From a virus (Duplodnaviria; Caudoviricetes): a DNA stretch of 52,421 nucleotides. A program made the position numbers and the translations under genes. The notes below the pieces were generated by a model that was not told where the DNA came from, ran no database searches, and was given only the letters and a program-made list of their open reading frames with translations. Positions 7,755 through 18,765 of the stretch are shown here, piece after piece. The stretch lies in IMG/VR virus record IMGVR_UViG_3300025392_000466, positions 1 through 52,421 of that record; one strand, given 5' to 3'. Within the stretch, counting starts at the first letter, position 1; the number at the start of each line of letters is the position of its first letter.

Positions 7755-10303
7755 TGACTAACTTTTATACTAATGTACAATGCTTCGGTAATGCGATCCT
7801 TTACCGAGGCGTTATGGATGGTAAGCGTGTGAAACAACGCATTGATTACCAACCATCTCTCTACATCCAACACAAAAACGGTAAACTTAAATCACTAGAT
7901 GGCACTCCGCTTCTGCAAAAGAAGTTTGATGACATCAAAGAAGCAAGAGAATATATCAAGCGTTTTGACGGTGTATCTGGTGGACCAAAAGTCTATGGTA
8001 ACACAAGATATGAATACGCTTTCATTGGTGAACAACATTCTGGTATGGTTGAGTGGGACCAAGACCACATTCGCATCGGTGTAATAGATATTGAGGTTGG
8101 TTCAGAAAATGGTTTCCCCGATCCATACCTTGCAAACGAACCCATCACTGCAATCTGTTTGAAATATCTCAACGGTATGACACTCGTCTTTGGATGCGGT
8201 GATTACCAAGTTCAAGGTGAAGAAATTTACATCAAATGTAAAGATGAATGGACTCTTTGCAAGAAATTCATTCAACATTGGGTCAATGATACACCAGATG
8301 TTCTGACTGGCTGGAACACCAAGTTTTTCGATATTCCATATCTGATTAACCGTTTTCGTAAGATTCTTGGTGTTGATGAAGCCAAGTTATTGTCTCCATG
8401 GAAATACATCGGTGAACGAAACACCATCATCAATGGTCGTTCCATGATTGCATACGATATCATGGGTGTTGCATCACTTGACTACATTGAATTATACAAA
8501 TGGTATGCTCCTGACGGTAAATCTCAGGAGTCTTATCGTTTGGATGCTATTGCAAATGCTGAAATCGGTGAAAGTAAATTGTCCTATGAAGAATTTGACA
8601 ACCTACATGCTTTGTATCGTTTGAACTTTCAAAAGTTTATTGAATATAACATCAAAGACGTTGAATTGATTATCAAACTAGAAGACAAGTTGAAGTTGAT
8701 TGAATTGGCTTTGACTCTTGCATATGATACCAAATGCAACTATGAAGATGTGTTTGCACAAACTCGTATGTGGGATGCATTGACATATAACCGTCTGATG
8801 CAAGATAACATTGTTGTTCCTCCACGGGAAGTTCAAGACAAAGATTCTGCATTTGAAGGTGCATATGTTAAAGACCCTCAAGTTGGTCTACATGAATGGG
8901 TTGCATCGTTTGACTTGAACAGTTTGTATCCTCACTTGATGATGCAATACAATATCAGTCCTGAAACATTGATTGAACCAGAAGACTACACGGATGAAAT
9001 GCGTGAGATTCTATCACAAGGTGTAACCGTTGATAAATTACTTGTTAAGACAGTTAATCTATCAAATATTGGTGATAAAGTTACCATGACACCTAACGGC
9101 CAATTCTTCCGTACGGACTTCCAAGGTTTCTTGCCTAAGATGATGGCAGAAATGTATGAAGACCGTAAGAAGTTCAAGAAGATGATGTTGGCCGCAAAAC
9201 AGGAGTATGAGAATGAAAAAGACGTTACTAAGAAGTATGATATTGAAAAGCGAATCGCTAGATTTAATAATCTGCAACTGGCTAAAAAAGTGTCCCTTAA
9301 TAGTGCTTATGGTGCTTTGGGCAGTCAGTACTTCCGTTTTTATGATTTGCGTATGGCGCTTGGGGTCACTTCTGCTGGTAAGTTGTCTATTCGGTGGATT
9401 GAAAACAAACTAAATGAATACATGAATAAGATTCTAAAGACTTCTGATGTGGATTATGTGATTGCGTCTGACACAGATTCAATCTATATGAAACTAGGTC
9501 CTCTGGTGAATAGTGTTTATGGTGCAGACGGTACTGTTGGACTTCCAAAGTCAAAAGTGATTGATTTCATGGACCGTGTTTGTGAACAGAAGATTCAACC
9601 TTTCATTGACAAGTCGTATCAAGAATTGGCCACTTATGTAAATGCATATGCACAAAAGATGCAAATGAAACGTGAGTGTTTGGCCGACAAAGGTATCTGG
9701 ACTGCAAAGAAACGTTACATCATGAATGTGTATGACAATGAAGGTGTTCGTTACAATGAACCAGACCTGAAAGTCATGGGTCTTGAAATGATTAAGTCTT
9801 CAACTCCTGCGGCAGTTCGTACAAAGATGAAAGAATCTATCAACATCATGATTGGTGGTTCAGAACACGATATGCACAAGTTCATTCAAGAGTTCCGTGA
9901 AGAATTCAAGAATCTACCTGTTGAAGAAGTATCTTTCCCTCGTGGCATCAATGGTCTTTCAAAATACGCCGATGCGGTAACACTATATAAAATGGGTACA
10001 CCAATCCATGTGAAAGGCGCAATCATTTATAATCACAATCTGGAAAAGATGGGTCTGACAAAGAAGTATCCCAAGATTCAAGAAGGTGAAAAGATTAAGT
10101 TTTCCTATCTGAAGAAACCTAATCCTTTCAAAGATACCGTTATTTCTTACCCATCACGATTGCCAAAAGAATTTGACATTTCCAAATTTATTGATTATGA
10201 TACACAATTTGACAAGACTTTTATTGAACCAATTAAAGTGATTTTAGATTGCATTGGTTGGTCCACCGAAAAGCAAAGCACACTTGATGATTTTTTTAGT
10301 TAA
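7754..10303 (+). CDS. 43: family B DNA polymerase (T4 gp43-like)
   Basis: ExoI DIE, SFDLNSLYP, KKVSLNSAYG, SDTDS motifs. Confidence 0.98.
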   Translation: MTNFYTNVQCFGNAILYRGVMDGKRVKQRIDYQPSLYIQHKNGKLKSLDGTPLLQKKFDDIKEAREYIKRFDGVSGGPKVYGNTRYEYAFIGEQHSGMVEWDQDHIRIGVIDIEVGSENGFPDPYLANEPITAICLKYLNGMTLVFGCGDYQVQGEEIYIKCKDEWTLCKKFIQHWVNDTPDVLTGWNTKFFDIPYLINRFRKILGVDEAKLLSPWKYIGERNTIINGRSMIAYDIMGVASLDYIELYKWYAPDGKSQESYRLDAIANAEIGESKLSYEEFDNLHALYRLNFQKFIEYNIKDVELIIKLEDKLKLIELALTLAYDTKCNYEDVFAQTRMWDALTYNRLMQDNIVVPPREVQDKDSAFEGAYVKDPQVGLHEWVASFDLNSLYPHLMMQYNISPETLIEPEDYTDEMREILSQGVTVDKLLVKTVNLSNIGDKVTMTPNGQFFRTDFQGFLPKMMAEMYEDRKKFKKMMLAAKQEYENEKDVTKKYDIEKRIARFNNLQLAKKVSLNSAYGALGSQYFRFYDLRMALGVTSAGKLSIRWIENKLNEYMNKILKTSDVDYVIASDTDSIYMKLGPLVNSVYGADGTVGLPKSKVIDFMDRVCEQKIQPFIDKSYQELATYVNAYAQKMQMKRECLADKGIWTAKKRYIMNVYDNEGVRYNEPDLKVMGLEMIKSSTPAAVRTKMKESINIMIGGSEHDMHKFIQEFREEFKNLPVEEVSFPRGINGLSKYADAVTLYKMGTPIHVKGAIIYNHNLEKMGLTKKYPKIQEGEKIKFSYLKKPNPFKDTVISYPSRLPKEFDISKFIDYDTQFDKTFIEPIKVILDCIGWSTEKQSTLDDFFS

Positions 10304-10311
10304 GGAACACT

Positions 10312-11346
10312 ATGAGTATATTAGACAAAATCAAGAAGAATAGTAGCATTAAAGATTCTGCTATTCTATCCAAATCAAAGTTCTTCACACAGAAGGACAT
10401 GATTCCAACCGCAGTACCGGCAATCAACATTGCTTTATCTGGAAAGTTGGATGGCGGTTTAACACCAGGTCTTACAATGTGGGCAGGTCCATCAAAACAC
10501 TTTAAGACTGCTTTTTCACTTTTGATGGCCAAATCTTACATGGACAAATACGAAGATGCTGCACTTCTTTTTTATGATTCTGAGTTTGGTACTCCTCAAT
10601 CTTATTTTGATTCCTTTGGTATTGATACTGACCGTGTTCTACATACTCCTCTTACTGATATAGAACAATTGAAGTTTGACGTAATGAAGCAATTGACTGA
10701 ATTGGAACGTGGTGAACACCTCATCATTGTTATTGATTCTATCGGCAACTTGGCATCCAAGAAAGAAGTTGAAGATGCATTATCTGAGAAGTCTGTGGCA
10801 GATATGTCAAGAGCAAAACAAGTCAAGAGTTTGTTCCGTATGGTGACACCACACTTGTCTTTGAAAGACATTCCAATGATTGTTGTGAATCATACTTACA
10901 TGGAAATTGGTATGTTCCCTAAAGCAATCGTTGGTGGTGGCACAGGTTCATATTACTCTGCCGATAACATCTTTATTCTTGGTCGCCAGCAAGAAAAAGA
11001 AGGTACAGAAATAACTGGTTATAACTTTATTATCAATGTAGAAAAGTCCCGTTATGTCAAAGAAAAATCTAAAATCCCTGTTTCAGTATCTTTTGACGGT
11101 GGTATTAGCAAGTGGAGCGGCCTATTGGATATCGCTCTTGAATCCAAACATGTGGTAAAACCAAGTAATGGTTGGTACAGTAAAGTAAATTCTGAAACTG
11201 GTGAAGTTGAAGAAAAGAAATACCGCGAGAAAGATACCAATACATCGGAGTTCTGGACTTCAATCTTGGCAGACCAAACATTCCAAGAATATGTGTCAAG
11301 CAAATATGGTGTTGCTACTGGTAACATCATGCAGGAAGAAGAATGA
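10312..11346 (+). CDS. uvsX: RecA-like recombinase UvsX
   Basis: AGPSKHFKT Walker A, YDSEFG, IDSIGNLASKKE. Confidence 0.97.
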   Translation: MSILDKIKKNSSIKDSAILSKSKFFTQKDMIPTAVPAINIALSGKLDGGLTPGLTMWAGPSKHFKTAFSLLMAKSYMDKYEDAALLFYDSEFGTPQSYFDSFGIDTDRVLHTPLTDIEQLKFDVMKQLTELERGEHLIIVIDSIGNLASKKEVEDALSEKSVADMSRAKQVKSLFRMVTPHLSLKDIPMIVVNHTYMEIGMFPKAIVGGGTGSYYSADNIFILGRQQEKEGTEITGYNFIINVEKSRYVKEKSKIPVSVSFDGGISKWSGLLDIALESKHVVKPSNGWYSKVNSETGEVEEKKYREKDTNTSEFWTSILADQTFQEYVSSKYGVATGNIMQEEE

Positions 11347-11669
11347 TAGAAGGTGTGGATTACTGTTTCATTTACCCTAAAGGTGATGAGACTATAACCC
11401 ACATCAAACTACTTAATGGTAGTTACAAGGATGTGGTGTTCAAATATGGTAAAGTTAAAATAACGGAAGAAGTTGACGGACCCCATTTACATTTTGCTTT
11501 TGATGTGTTAGAATCACCAATCGTGAAGCCTAAAAAACTTATGGATGATGCCAAATTCAAAAACTATCTTGGTGATATGTTGGTTGAATTGATGAGTGAC
11601 AATGTTGATGGGGATATTATAGATGAAACTAGAACAAACGATACTGAAGAACCTGATTTACTCAGATGA
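11343..11669 (+). CDS. 40: head vertex assembly chaperone (gp40-like)
   Basis: Synteny uvsX-40-41; size and YKDVVFKYGKV pattern. Confidence 0.65.
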   Translation: MIEGVDYCFIYPKGDETITHIKLLNGSYKDVVFKYGKVKITEEVDGPHLHFAFDVLESPIVKPKKLMDDAKFKNYLGDMLVELMSDNVDGDIIDETRTNDTEEPDLLR

Positions 11670-13005
11670 ATACCTGAGAAAAGTTCTTCCTTTCCTAAAG
11701 AGTGAATACTTCACCGACCGAGCAGAAAGACTAATTTATGATGAGATTAAATCATTCACAGAAACTTACAACAATGCACCAACGTCTGAAGCGCTTGTAT
11801 TGGCCATCCAAGAGAGGCGAAATCTCACAGATGCAGAAGTGGAAAAGTGTCAAACTACTATCCAAGAAATTGAGAAAACTAAAGGAGAGAAATCCCAAAT
11901 TCAATGGCTTACTGACAAAACCGAACAATTCTGTCAAGAAAAGGCCATCTACCAGGCAGTATTGGGGAGCATTTCTATTCTTGAAGGAAAAGACAAAACG
12001 CACGACAAAGGTCAGATTCCCAAAATACTATCAGACGCTTTAGCCGTAACTTTTGACACTTCAGTTGGCCACGATTATTTGGAGAACAGTGATGAACGAT
12101 ATGAATTCTACCACAGACACGAAGAACGAATCCCGTTCGACTTGGATTACTTCAACAAGATTACAAAAGGTGGATTACCTGGTAAAACTCTCAATATCGC
12201 TCTGGCTGGTACTGGTGTCGGTAAGTCTCTTTTTATGTGTCACGTTGCCGCTGGTGCTATGTCTCAGGGTCGTAATGTTCTCTACATCACAATGGAGATG
12301 GCTGAAGAAAAGATTGCCGAACGTATTGATGCAAACCTCCTTAATGTTACGCTGGATGATTTAACAAGTCTTCCAAAGGACATGTATGACAAGAAGGTTG
12401 CGAAACTGAAAGCAAAGACTACAGGCAAATTGATTATCAAAGAGTATCCAACCGCATCGGCATCCGCAACACACTTTAGGTCCTTATTGAATGAACTCAA
12501 TCTTAAAAAATCATTTCGTCCTGACATTATCTTTATTGATTATCTCAATATATGCTGTAGTTCTCGTATTAAAGCAGGAGCCAACATCAACTCCTACACC
12601 TACGTTAAGTCAATTGCAGAAGAACTGCGTGGCCTTGCCGTTGAATACGGAGTTCCAATTGTATCTGCTACACAAACAACACGTTCAGGCTTTACCAGTT
12701 CCGATCCCGGACTGGAAGACACAAGCGAGTCTTTTGGTTTGCCCGCTACCGCTGACTTGATGTTTGCTTTGATTACGTCCGAAGACTTGCAAGAACTTGG
12801 ACAAATCATGGTGAAACAATTGAAGAATCGTTACAATGACCCTACAATGTATAAACGATTCACCGTTGGTGTTGACCGTGCTAAGATGAAATTGTATGAT
12901 GTTGAACAATCTGGTCAAGATGGTTTGGTTGATGCAGGTGTGGTTCAAGCCGCAACAAATGTAAAGAAACCTGGTAAAAAATCATTTGATGGATTCAAGG
13001 TATAA
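11623..13005 (+). CDS. 41: replicative DnaB-like helicase (gp41)
   Basis: AGTGVGKS, ITMEMAEE, IDYLNIC, SATQTTR, SESFGLPATAD, KQLKNRY. Confidence 0.97.
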   Translation: MKLEQTILKNLIYSDEYLRKVLPFLKSEYFTDRAERLIYDEIKSFTETYNNAPTSEALVLAIQERRNLTDAEVEKCQTTIQEIEKTKGEKSQIQWLTDKTEQFCQEKAIYQAVLGSISILEGKDKTHDKGQIPKILSDALAVTFDTSVGHDYLENSDERYEFYHRHEERIPFDLDYFNKITKGGLPGKTLNIALAGTGVGKSLFMCHVAAGAMSQGRNVLYITMEMAEEKIAERIDANLLNVTLDDLTSLPKDMYDKKVAKLKAKTTGKLIIKEYPTASASATHFRSLLNELNLKKSFRPDIIFIDYLNICCSSRIKAGANINSYTYVKSIAEELRGLAVEYGVPIVSATQTTRSGFTSSDPGLEDTSESFGLPATADLMFALITSEDLQELGQIMVKQLKNRYNDPTMYKRFTVGVDRAKMKLYDVEQSGQDGLVDAGVVQAATNVKKPGKKSFDGFKV

Positions 13006-13008
13006 ATA
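13001..13008 (+). promoter_or_regulatory. T4-type late promoter
   Basis: TATAAATA overlapping the gp41 stop, 20 bp before the next ATG. Confidence 0.7.
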
Positions 13009-13028
13009 TTCTCATTTAAGGTAAGAGT

Positions 13029-13778
13029 ATGGCACAACAAGGTTTTCAGTATGAGGTTAATGCATGTGATGTGTTAAAGCCAATGGGATTTGTACCTAAA
13101 GATTTTAGACCTGCTGGTGCCGGTCACAACCAACCAGACTTGATGTTGTTATATAAGGGCAAAGAAGCTGGTTGTGAATTAAAAATTACAGCCGCCTCGG
13201 CAGGTTCATTAGTATTAAAATATAATGGAACAAATAAAAGAAATCCTTGGATGTTCGGTAAGATTGATGCATCTGATGAAGAAAAAATCTTCATTCGTGA
13301 TTTAGCTGAAGAAATCGGTCTTTTTTCTTTAATCAAAAAACAATGGAAAGAAGTTCCATTCAAACGTGAAGATAAAGATGCATTATGGAAAGCTACAGCA
13401 GGCAAGTTGACAAAGAAACAACAATATGAAAGAGACCGTGACACTTTTCCAGACATTCGTGGTGAGATTCCCGCAACAAAGATTGAAGAATACTATAATA
13501 AGAAAGATACATACTATGTAAATGTTGGAACTCATGGTTTTTATTTGATGGGTAGTAAAAATCCATTAAAGTTGGAGAATGTGCCATCATTTGGTTCTTC
13601 TGCTAAGGCCACATATAGAGCGAGAGTTCAGTATAAAGGTTCAGACAATTATCAGTTCACTTTTGAGATGCAATTTTCTATTCCATCTGCAAGTAAATCT
13701 GAGTACAATATAGCACCGGTAGATGGAAAAACGGTTAGAATTTTAGAAAATAAATTAAATTTGAGTTGTTTTATTTAA
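13029..13778 (+). CDS. PD-(D/E)XK nuclease-like protein
   Basis: GFQYE...PDL...CELK motif order; resembles 20578..21618. Confidence 0.6.
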   Translation: MAQQGFQYEVNACDVLKPMGFVPKDFRPAGAGHNQPDLMLLYKGKEAGCELKITAASAGSLVLKYNGTNKRNPWMFGKIDASDEEKIFIRDLAEEIGLFSLIKKQWKEVPFKREDKDALWKATAGKLTKKQQYERDRDTFPDIRGEIPATKIEEYYNKKDTYYVNVGTHGFYLMGSKNPLKLENVPSFGSSAKATYRARVQYKGSDNYQFTFEMQFSIPSASKSEYNIAPVDGKTVRILENKLNLSCFI

Positions 13779-13793
13779 GATAGGATTTTTGTT

Positions 13794-14495
13794 ATGACAG
13801 CAACAGTGATTATACCAACAACAGGCACACCAGACCTGAAAAAAGCAATTGAAAGTGTTCTCTCGCAAACATACCTAACAACTTGTTATGTTGTATGTGA
13901 CGGTGAACAAAACCGTGGTAAAGTTAATGTTATCACCAGTGAGTATGGTGATAAAGTTAAAGTGGCATACTTACCAATCAATGTTGGTGCAAATGGTTAC
14001 TATGGACACCGTGTATATGCCGCATTCACACACCTAGTCAATACCGAATATCTTTTATATTTGGATCAAGATTGTTACATGGACAAAAACCATGTGTTCA
14101 CACAAATTGAAAACATCAGAAAGAAAAAACTAGACTGGTCCTATTCATTGAGAAAGATTGTAGACAAGGATGGTAACTATCTCTGCAATGATGACTGTGA
14201 ATCCTTGGGTAAATGGAAATGTTTTCAGGATTACCATCATATAGACACAAATTGCTATTGCCTTAAAACAGAAATTGCGATAAGATTGGCAAGTGCATGG
14301 CATGGTGGATGGGGACAAGATAGGGTATTTCTAAATGTTCTATCTTCACATTTTACAAACTATGATTGCACAGGTGAATATACAATGAACTATAAACTTG
14401 CTGGTAATGAAGGTTCTGTTAAACCAGATTTCTTCTTGCACGGTAATGAAGTGATGAATAATCGTTATGGAGAAAAGTTGCCGTGGAGAAAATAA
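13794..14495 (+). CDS. glycosyltransferase family 2
   Basis: TVIIPT...AIESVLSQ...VVCDG...YLDQD (DxD). Confidence 0.9.
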   Translation: MTATVIIPTTGTPDLKKAIESVLSQTYLTTCYVVCDGEQNRGKVNVITSEYGDKVKVAYLPINVGANGYYGHRVYAAFTHLVNTEYLLYLDQDCYMDKNHVFTQIENIRKKKLDWSYSLRKIVDKDGNYLCNDDCESLGKWKCFQDYHHIDTNCYCLKTEIAIRLASAWHGGWGQDRVFLNVLSSHFTNYDCTGEYTMNYKLAGNEGSVKPDFFLHGNEVMNNRYGEKLPWRK

Positions 14496-15241
14496 TTAAC
14501 AAGCATGATTGGTACAAGATATCACAAGATTTCTTAAATGCAGAACCATTTCATCATGCAGTGATTGATAACTTTTTTGTTGAAGAAATTGCTCGTAGTA
14601 TCTTTGATGGCATGCCAGGATATGATGAAAACACAGATGCAAAGTATGACAATGCAATTGAAAAGAAACGCACGATACAAAACTGGACCAAGTTTTCTAA
14701 AAATGTATATAAGGCAATGTCGTGCCTTGTAAACGAACCTTTTGTTGGTAAACTTGCATATTTGGCTAATGATTTTGATTTGGTTCCTGATTATGGTTTA
14801 CATGGTGGTGGTATTCACATGCACCAAGCCGGTGATTACTTAAATGTTCACCTTGATTATGATATTCATCCTAAAATGGACATAAGGCGTAAGTTAAATC
14901 TTATCGTTTATCTAAATCCAAATTGGAAGAAGTCTTGGGGCGGTAACATAGGCCTTTGGTCACATGATGAAGAAACACAACAACCGAAGAAATTGGTCAA
15001 GTCTATTTGGCCAAAGTTCAATCGTGCTGTATTGTTTGATACCACACAAAATTCTTGGCATGGTGTAACTGAAGGTATTACTGCACCTGAAGGACAATAT
15101 AGAAAGAGTTTAGCAATCTATTATCTTGTTCCAGCAGATGACATAGATAATAAGAGACAGAAGGCTCTGTTCGTTCCACGTGATGAGCAAAAAGGTGATG
15201 ATGGTGTTATGGACTTGATTAAGACTAGGTCAGGATATTGA
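14483..15241 (+). CDS. 2OG-Fe(II) oxygenase
   Basis: HLD, NLIVYLN, FNRAVLF, SWHGV, RKS motifs. Confidence 0.9.
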   Translation: MEKIINKHDWYKISQDFLNAEPFHHAVIDNFFVEEIARSIFDGMPGYDENTDAKYDNAIEKKRTIQNWTKFSKNVYKAMSCLVNEPFVGKLAYLANDFDLVPDYGLHGGGIHMHQAGDYLNVHLDYDIHPKMDIRRKLNLIVYLNPNWKKSWGGNIGLWSHDEETQQPKKLVKSIWPKFNRAVLFDTTQNSWHGVTEGITAPEGQYRKSLAIYYLVPADDIDNKRQKALFVPRDEQKGDDGVMDLIKTRSGY

Positions 15242-15242
15242 A

Positions 15243-16091
15243 ATGAAGAATTTAATTATTGGTGGTTATACAAATTACGGTATCAATCAACTTAAACCTT
15301 GGGTATTGTCTGCACTAGAAGTTGCAGGAGATGATACTGATGTTGTATTGGTTGCAGGTAATACAACACAAGCCACGGTTGATTGGCTGATTAAACAAGG
15401 TGTATTTGTTGTACCTATGAAGATGGTACAAAACATTCCACCTCATGTGTTGCGTTTCTTGTCAATTTATGATTACTTGTATTCTAATTGGCAAAACTAT
15501 GAGTATGTTGTGACTACAGATGTGAAGGATGTTTACTTTCAATCTAGTCCTTTTGACATAATGAAAAGTATGGAAAATCTTGGAAACAATCTTGTAATTG
15601 CATCTGAAGGATTGAAATACAAAGATGAGCCATGGGGTGATGATAACCTCAAACAAGCATATGGTTCTTATGTTTATGAACAATTCAAAGACAACGAAAT
15701 CTTCAACGTTGGAACATTCGGTGGTACCTCCGAGTATGTAAAGGATATGGTGTTCAACATTTTCACCAATGCAACCAACAGGCCAATTCCTATCTGCGAC
15801 CAAGCGGTGTTCAATGTTTTAATCAATACACAACCATTCAAAGACATTACACAAACAACCGTTGATTGGGCTTGTGAGGCCGGCACGGTTGTAGACCCAT
15901 CTAAAATTGATTACTTTAGACCAAACTTGTTGTGTGACGAACCAACAGTAAAAGATGGCTTGGTCTATTACCGGAATCAGTTATTTCCAATCGTACACCA
16001 ATATGACCGTGTACCAGAATGGAAGAAGTTTGTCCAAGAAAAATATGGACAAGACAATGAATCGCAAATGTTTATCTATAGGACCGCATGA
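15243..16091 (+). CDS. GT-A-fold glycosyltransferase-like protein
   Basis: TDVKDVYFQ, NVGTFGG, DQAVFN, HQYDR motifs. Confidence 0.7.
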   Translation: MKNLIIGGYTNYGINQLKPWVLSALEVAGDDTDVVLVAGNTTQATVDWLIKQGVFVVPMKMVQNIPPHVLRFLSIYDYLYSNWQNYEYVVTTDVKDVYFQSSPFDIMKSMENLGNNLVIASEGLKYKDEPWGDDNLKQAYGSYVYEQFKDNEIFNVGTFGGTSEYVKDMVFNIFTNATNRPIPICDQAVFNVLINTQPFKDITQTTVDWACEAGTVVDPSKIDYFRPNLLCDEPTVKDGLVYYRNQLFPIVHQYDRVPEWKKFVQEKYGQDNESQMFIYRTA

Positions 16092-16657
16092 TGAGTGATA
16101 CAATTACCTTTAATACAGTGACACAAGCTTTTGGAGTTCAACAAATGTTCAAATGTTCAGGATATGGCCTTGGTGAGATGATTAAAGACATGTCATCGGT
16201 CAAAGGTTTAGAAATTGGTTGTGACATTGGTGATACCACCAATTTCCTATTGGACATTAATCCCAATTTAGATTTAACATCAGTTGATCCTTATGAAAAT
16301 TATGTTGATTGGAATGGAAGACCATTGAATGAACGCCAACATGTTTTTGAAACCATGACCAATCGTATGGAAAAATTTAATGAAAGGTTTCACCATATTC
16401 ATAGGACATCCGATGATGCAGTTGAATTATTCTTAGATGAAGAATTTGACTTTATCTTTATTGATGGTTTACACACATATGACCAATTAACCAAAGATTG
16501 TGCAAACTATTATTCTAAGTTGAAGACTGGTGGAATTTTTGCTGGCCACGATTTCACCGCAATTGAAGGTGTCAATAGAGCCGCAAAAGAGTTTGCCGCA
16601 AAAATGGGCAAAGAAATTTTAACAACCGAATGTGATGTGTGGTATTGGATCAAATGA
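16088..16657 (+). CDS. class I SAM-dependent methyltransferase (Methyltransf_24-like)
   Basis: LEIGCDIG, VDPY, DFIFIDGLHTY, GGIFAGHD. Confidence 0.9.
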   Translation: MMSDTITFNTVTQAFGVQQMFKCSGYGLGEMIKDMSSVKGLEIGCDIGDTTNFLLDINPNLDLTSVDPYENYVDWNGRPLNERQHVFETMTNRMEKFNERFHHIHRTSDDAVELFLDEEFDFIFIDGLHTYDQLTKDCANYYSKLKTGGIFAGHDFTAIEGVNRAAKEFAAKMGKEILTTECDVWYWIK

Positions 16658-17343
16658 AAAATTGTATAGTATTATCCGGTCAATACAGAACTTTTGACAA
16701 AACTTGGGAAAACATTAAGACATACATTGATGCAAATGAAATGGATGTTTATTGTCATTTGTGGTCAACCGATGAACAAGAAATTAAAAATGTTCAAGAA
16801 CGATTGAATCCCACAAAGTTCTTGGCTGAAGACTTTTCACAATATGAAAATGTTTTCATGGATATTGAAAAACGTGCACATGCCGCCAATCCAAAACCAA
16901 AAACTATTGATAGCATTTCCAAAAACGCATCAATGAACTATGGCAGATTCAAAGCTTTTGGTTTGATTGATGACATTGAATATGAGAATCTTTCATATTG
17001 CAGGTATGATTTAGTTTTTGACCCTCCTTTCAAATTTCAAGAGGTTGGTTTTATTGTTACTCCTATGGAAGAATCATACAACTTGATTTCTGACATTTTT
17101 GCTGTTATGCCATTCAAATGGGCTAACGCTTATTTCTTGTATAACAACTATGAACACCTACATTCAACTCAATTTGAGCCTGAGTTTGAAGACTGGCTCA
17201 GAAATGTAAAAAGATATCCAGAACATGATATCATAACACACAAAGAACAGAGATATTGTCCACACATGATGCTATTGAGAAACTTATTTCTTAAAGGTGC
17301 ACCATTTGATATCGTTAACATTCCAGTATATCTACAAAGATGA
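16654..17343 (+). CDS. putative glycan-modifying protein
   Basis: ATG 16654 in ATGA overlap; CIVLSGQYR...DVYCHLW...RYD; paralogous to next gene. Confidence 0.6.
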   Translation: MKNCIVLSGQYRTFDKTWENIKTYIDANEMDVYCHLWSTDEQEIKNVQERLNPTKFLAEDFSQYENVFMDIEKRAHAANPKPKTIDSISKNASMNYGRFKAFGLIDDIEYENLSYCRYDLVFDPPFKFQEVGFIVTPMEESYNLISDIFAVMPFKWANAYFLYNNYEHLHSTQFEPEFEDWLRNVKRYPEHDIITHKEQRYCPHMMLLRNLFLKGAPFDIVNIPVYLQR

Positions 17344-18029
17344 AAATAGCATTATGTTTCACTGGTCAGGCCAGGTCATTCCAAAAAGGATTTGAATACT
17401 ATAAGAAGAATCTATTGGACCATTTTGATGTGGATGTGTATATTCACACATGGCAATTTGATGGTGAAAAAGAACTTGAAAATTTGTATAAGCCATTGCG
17501 TATGTTGACAGAAGAAACTTTGGTGGTTGATGCAGACACAAAGTACACTAATACACCAAACCCACAAAAATATCCACCAAGGTTCACTTATTCGGCACTA
17601 TATTCAATTAATGAATGTCGTATGTTGATGATGAGTTCTGGAATTGAATATGATTGGGTCATTAAGACACGAACCGACTATGCATTGAATGTTCAGATTC
17701 CTTTTGAACAACTTGATAACACCAAGTTATACATTCCAAATTGCAGAATGGTTCCTGAAAGAGATTTTGGCAACGACCAGTTTGCTTTTAGTTCACAAAG
17801 CAACATGGACAAATATATGTCTACGTTCCAGAATATGGATAAGTATTATGAAGCTGGTGCACAGTATATTGGTGAAAATATGATGCAAGCCAACTTACAT
17901 GAGCATAACTTACACGGTGAAAATCTTGTGTATGTTAATATGAATAATCCATTTCCGCCTGGTGCACACAATGGCACATGGCACTCTTTGATTCGTGATG
18001 ATTATGACAACTGGACCAAGAATAGTTAA
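17340..18029 (+). CDS. putative glycan-modifying protein
   Basis: KIALCFTGQAR...DVYIHTW...YDWVIKTRTD...NDQFAF. Confidence 0.65.
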   Translation: MKIALCFTGQARSFQKGFEYYKKNLLDHFDVDVYIHTWQFDGEKELENLYKPLRMLTEETLVVDADTKYTNTPNPQKYPPRFTYSALYSINECRMLMMSSGIEYDWVIKTRTDYALNVQIPFEQLDNTKLYIPNCRMVPERDFGNDQFAFSSQSNMDKYMSTFQNMDKYYEAGAQYIGENMMQANLHEHNLHGENLVYVNMNNPFPPGAHNGTWHSLIRDDYDNWTKNS

Positions 18030-18765
18030 GAAGTTAAGTGGCCATTCAGGTAGCGAAATCTATCTGATGGAAAATTCTAATGGTCTATTTGTAAGAAAAA
18101 TTGGCAACACAGAAAGAAACAGGAAAAGACTAATACCTCTAAGTGCGGTTGGTTTTCCTGTTCCTAAAATCTACAATGTTGATGGTGATTCTTTTGACAT
18201 GGAATACTTCCATGGTCTAGACATAAAGAATTATTTGGTGTCACATAACACCAATCAGTTAGAAGAATTCTTATTCAACACACTAACAAAATTAAAAAGT
18301 ATATGTGTGGAAGAAACAAAAGACTTCACCGAAATCTATCACCAAAAACTTGCTTGGATGGATACTTCAACCGAGGACTTTCCTTTCACCAAGCAACAAC
18401 TTATTGATAAGTTGCCTAAGATTTTACCACACACATCTTACCTTGGCGACTTGACATTGGAGAACATAATCTATACAATAGACGGTTTCAAGATAATTGA
18501 TCCTGTTACTATTGAATATGAATCCTATGTGTTTGACATAGCAAAGCTTAGACAAGACTTGGAATGTCGCTGGTTTCTCAGGAAAGAGACAACCAAACTT
18601 GGTGCAAAACTGCACACAATTCAAAACAAACTGTTTGAAGATTTTCCCGAAGCAAACAACGATTACCTTTTGATTCTAATGTTGTTGAGGGTATACCTAC
18701 ATACAACAAAAGGTGATTTAGAATACAACTTTATAATGGATGAAATAAAAAGATTATGGAAATAA
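17995..18765 (+). CDS. aminoglycoside/choline kinase-like phosphotransferase
   Basis: LSGHSG loop, MEY, GDLTLENII, IDP, DIAKL; start could be an adjacent ATG. Confidence 0.75.
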   Translation: MMIMTTGPRIVKKLSGHSGSEIYLMENSNGLFVRKIGNTERNRKRLIPLSAVGFPVPKIYNVDGDSFDMEYFHGLDIKNYLVSHNTNQLEEFLFNTLTKLKSICVEETKDFTEIYHQKLAWMDTSTEDFPFTKQQLIDKLPKILPHTSYLGDLTLENIIYTIDGFKIIDPVTIEYESYVFDIAKLRQDLECRWFLRKETTKLGAKLHTIQNKLFEDFPEANNDYLLILMLLRVYLHTTKGDLEYNFIMDEIKRLWK

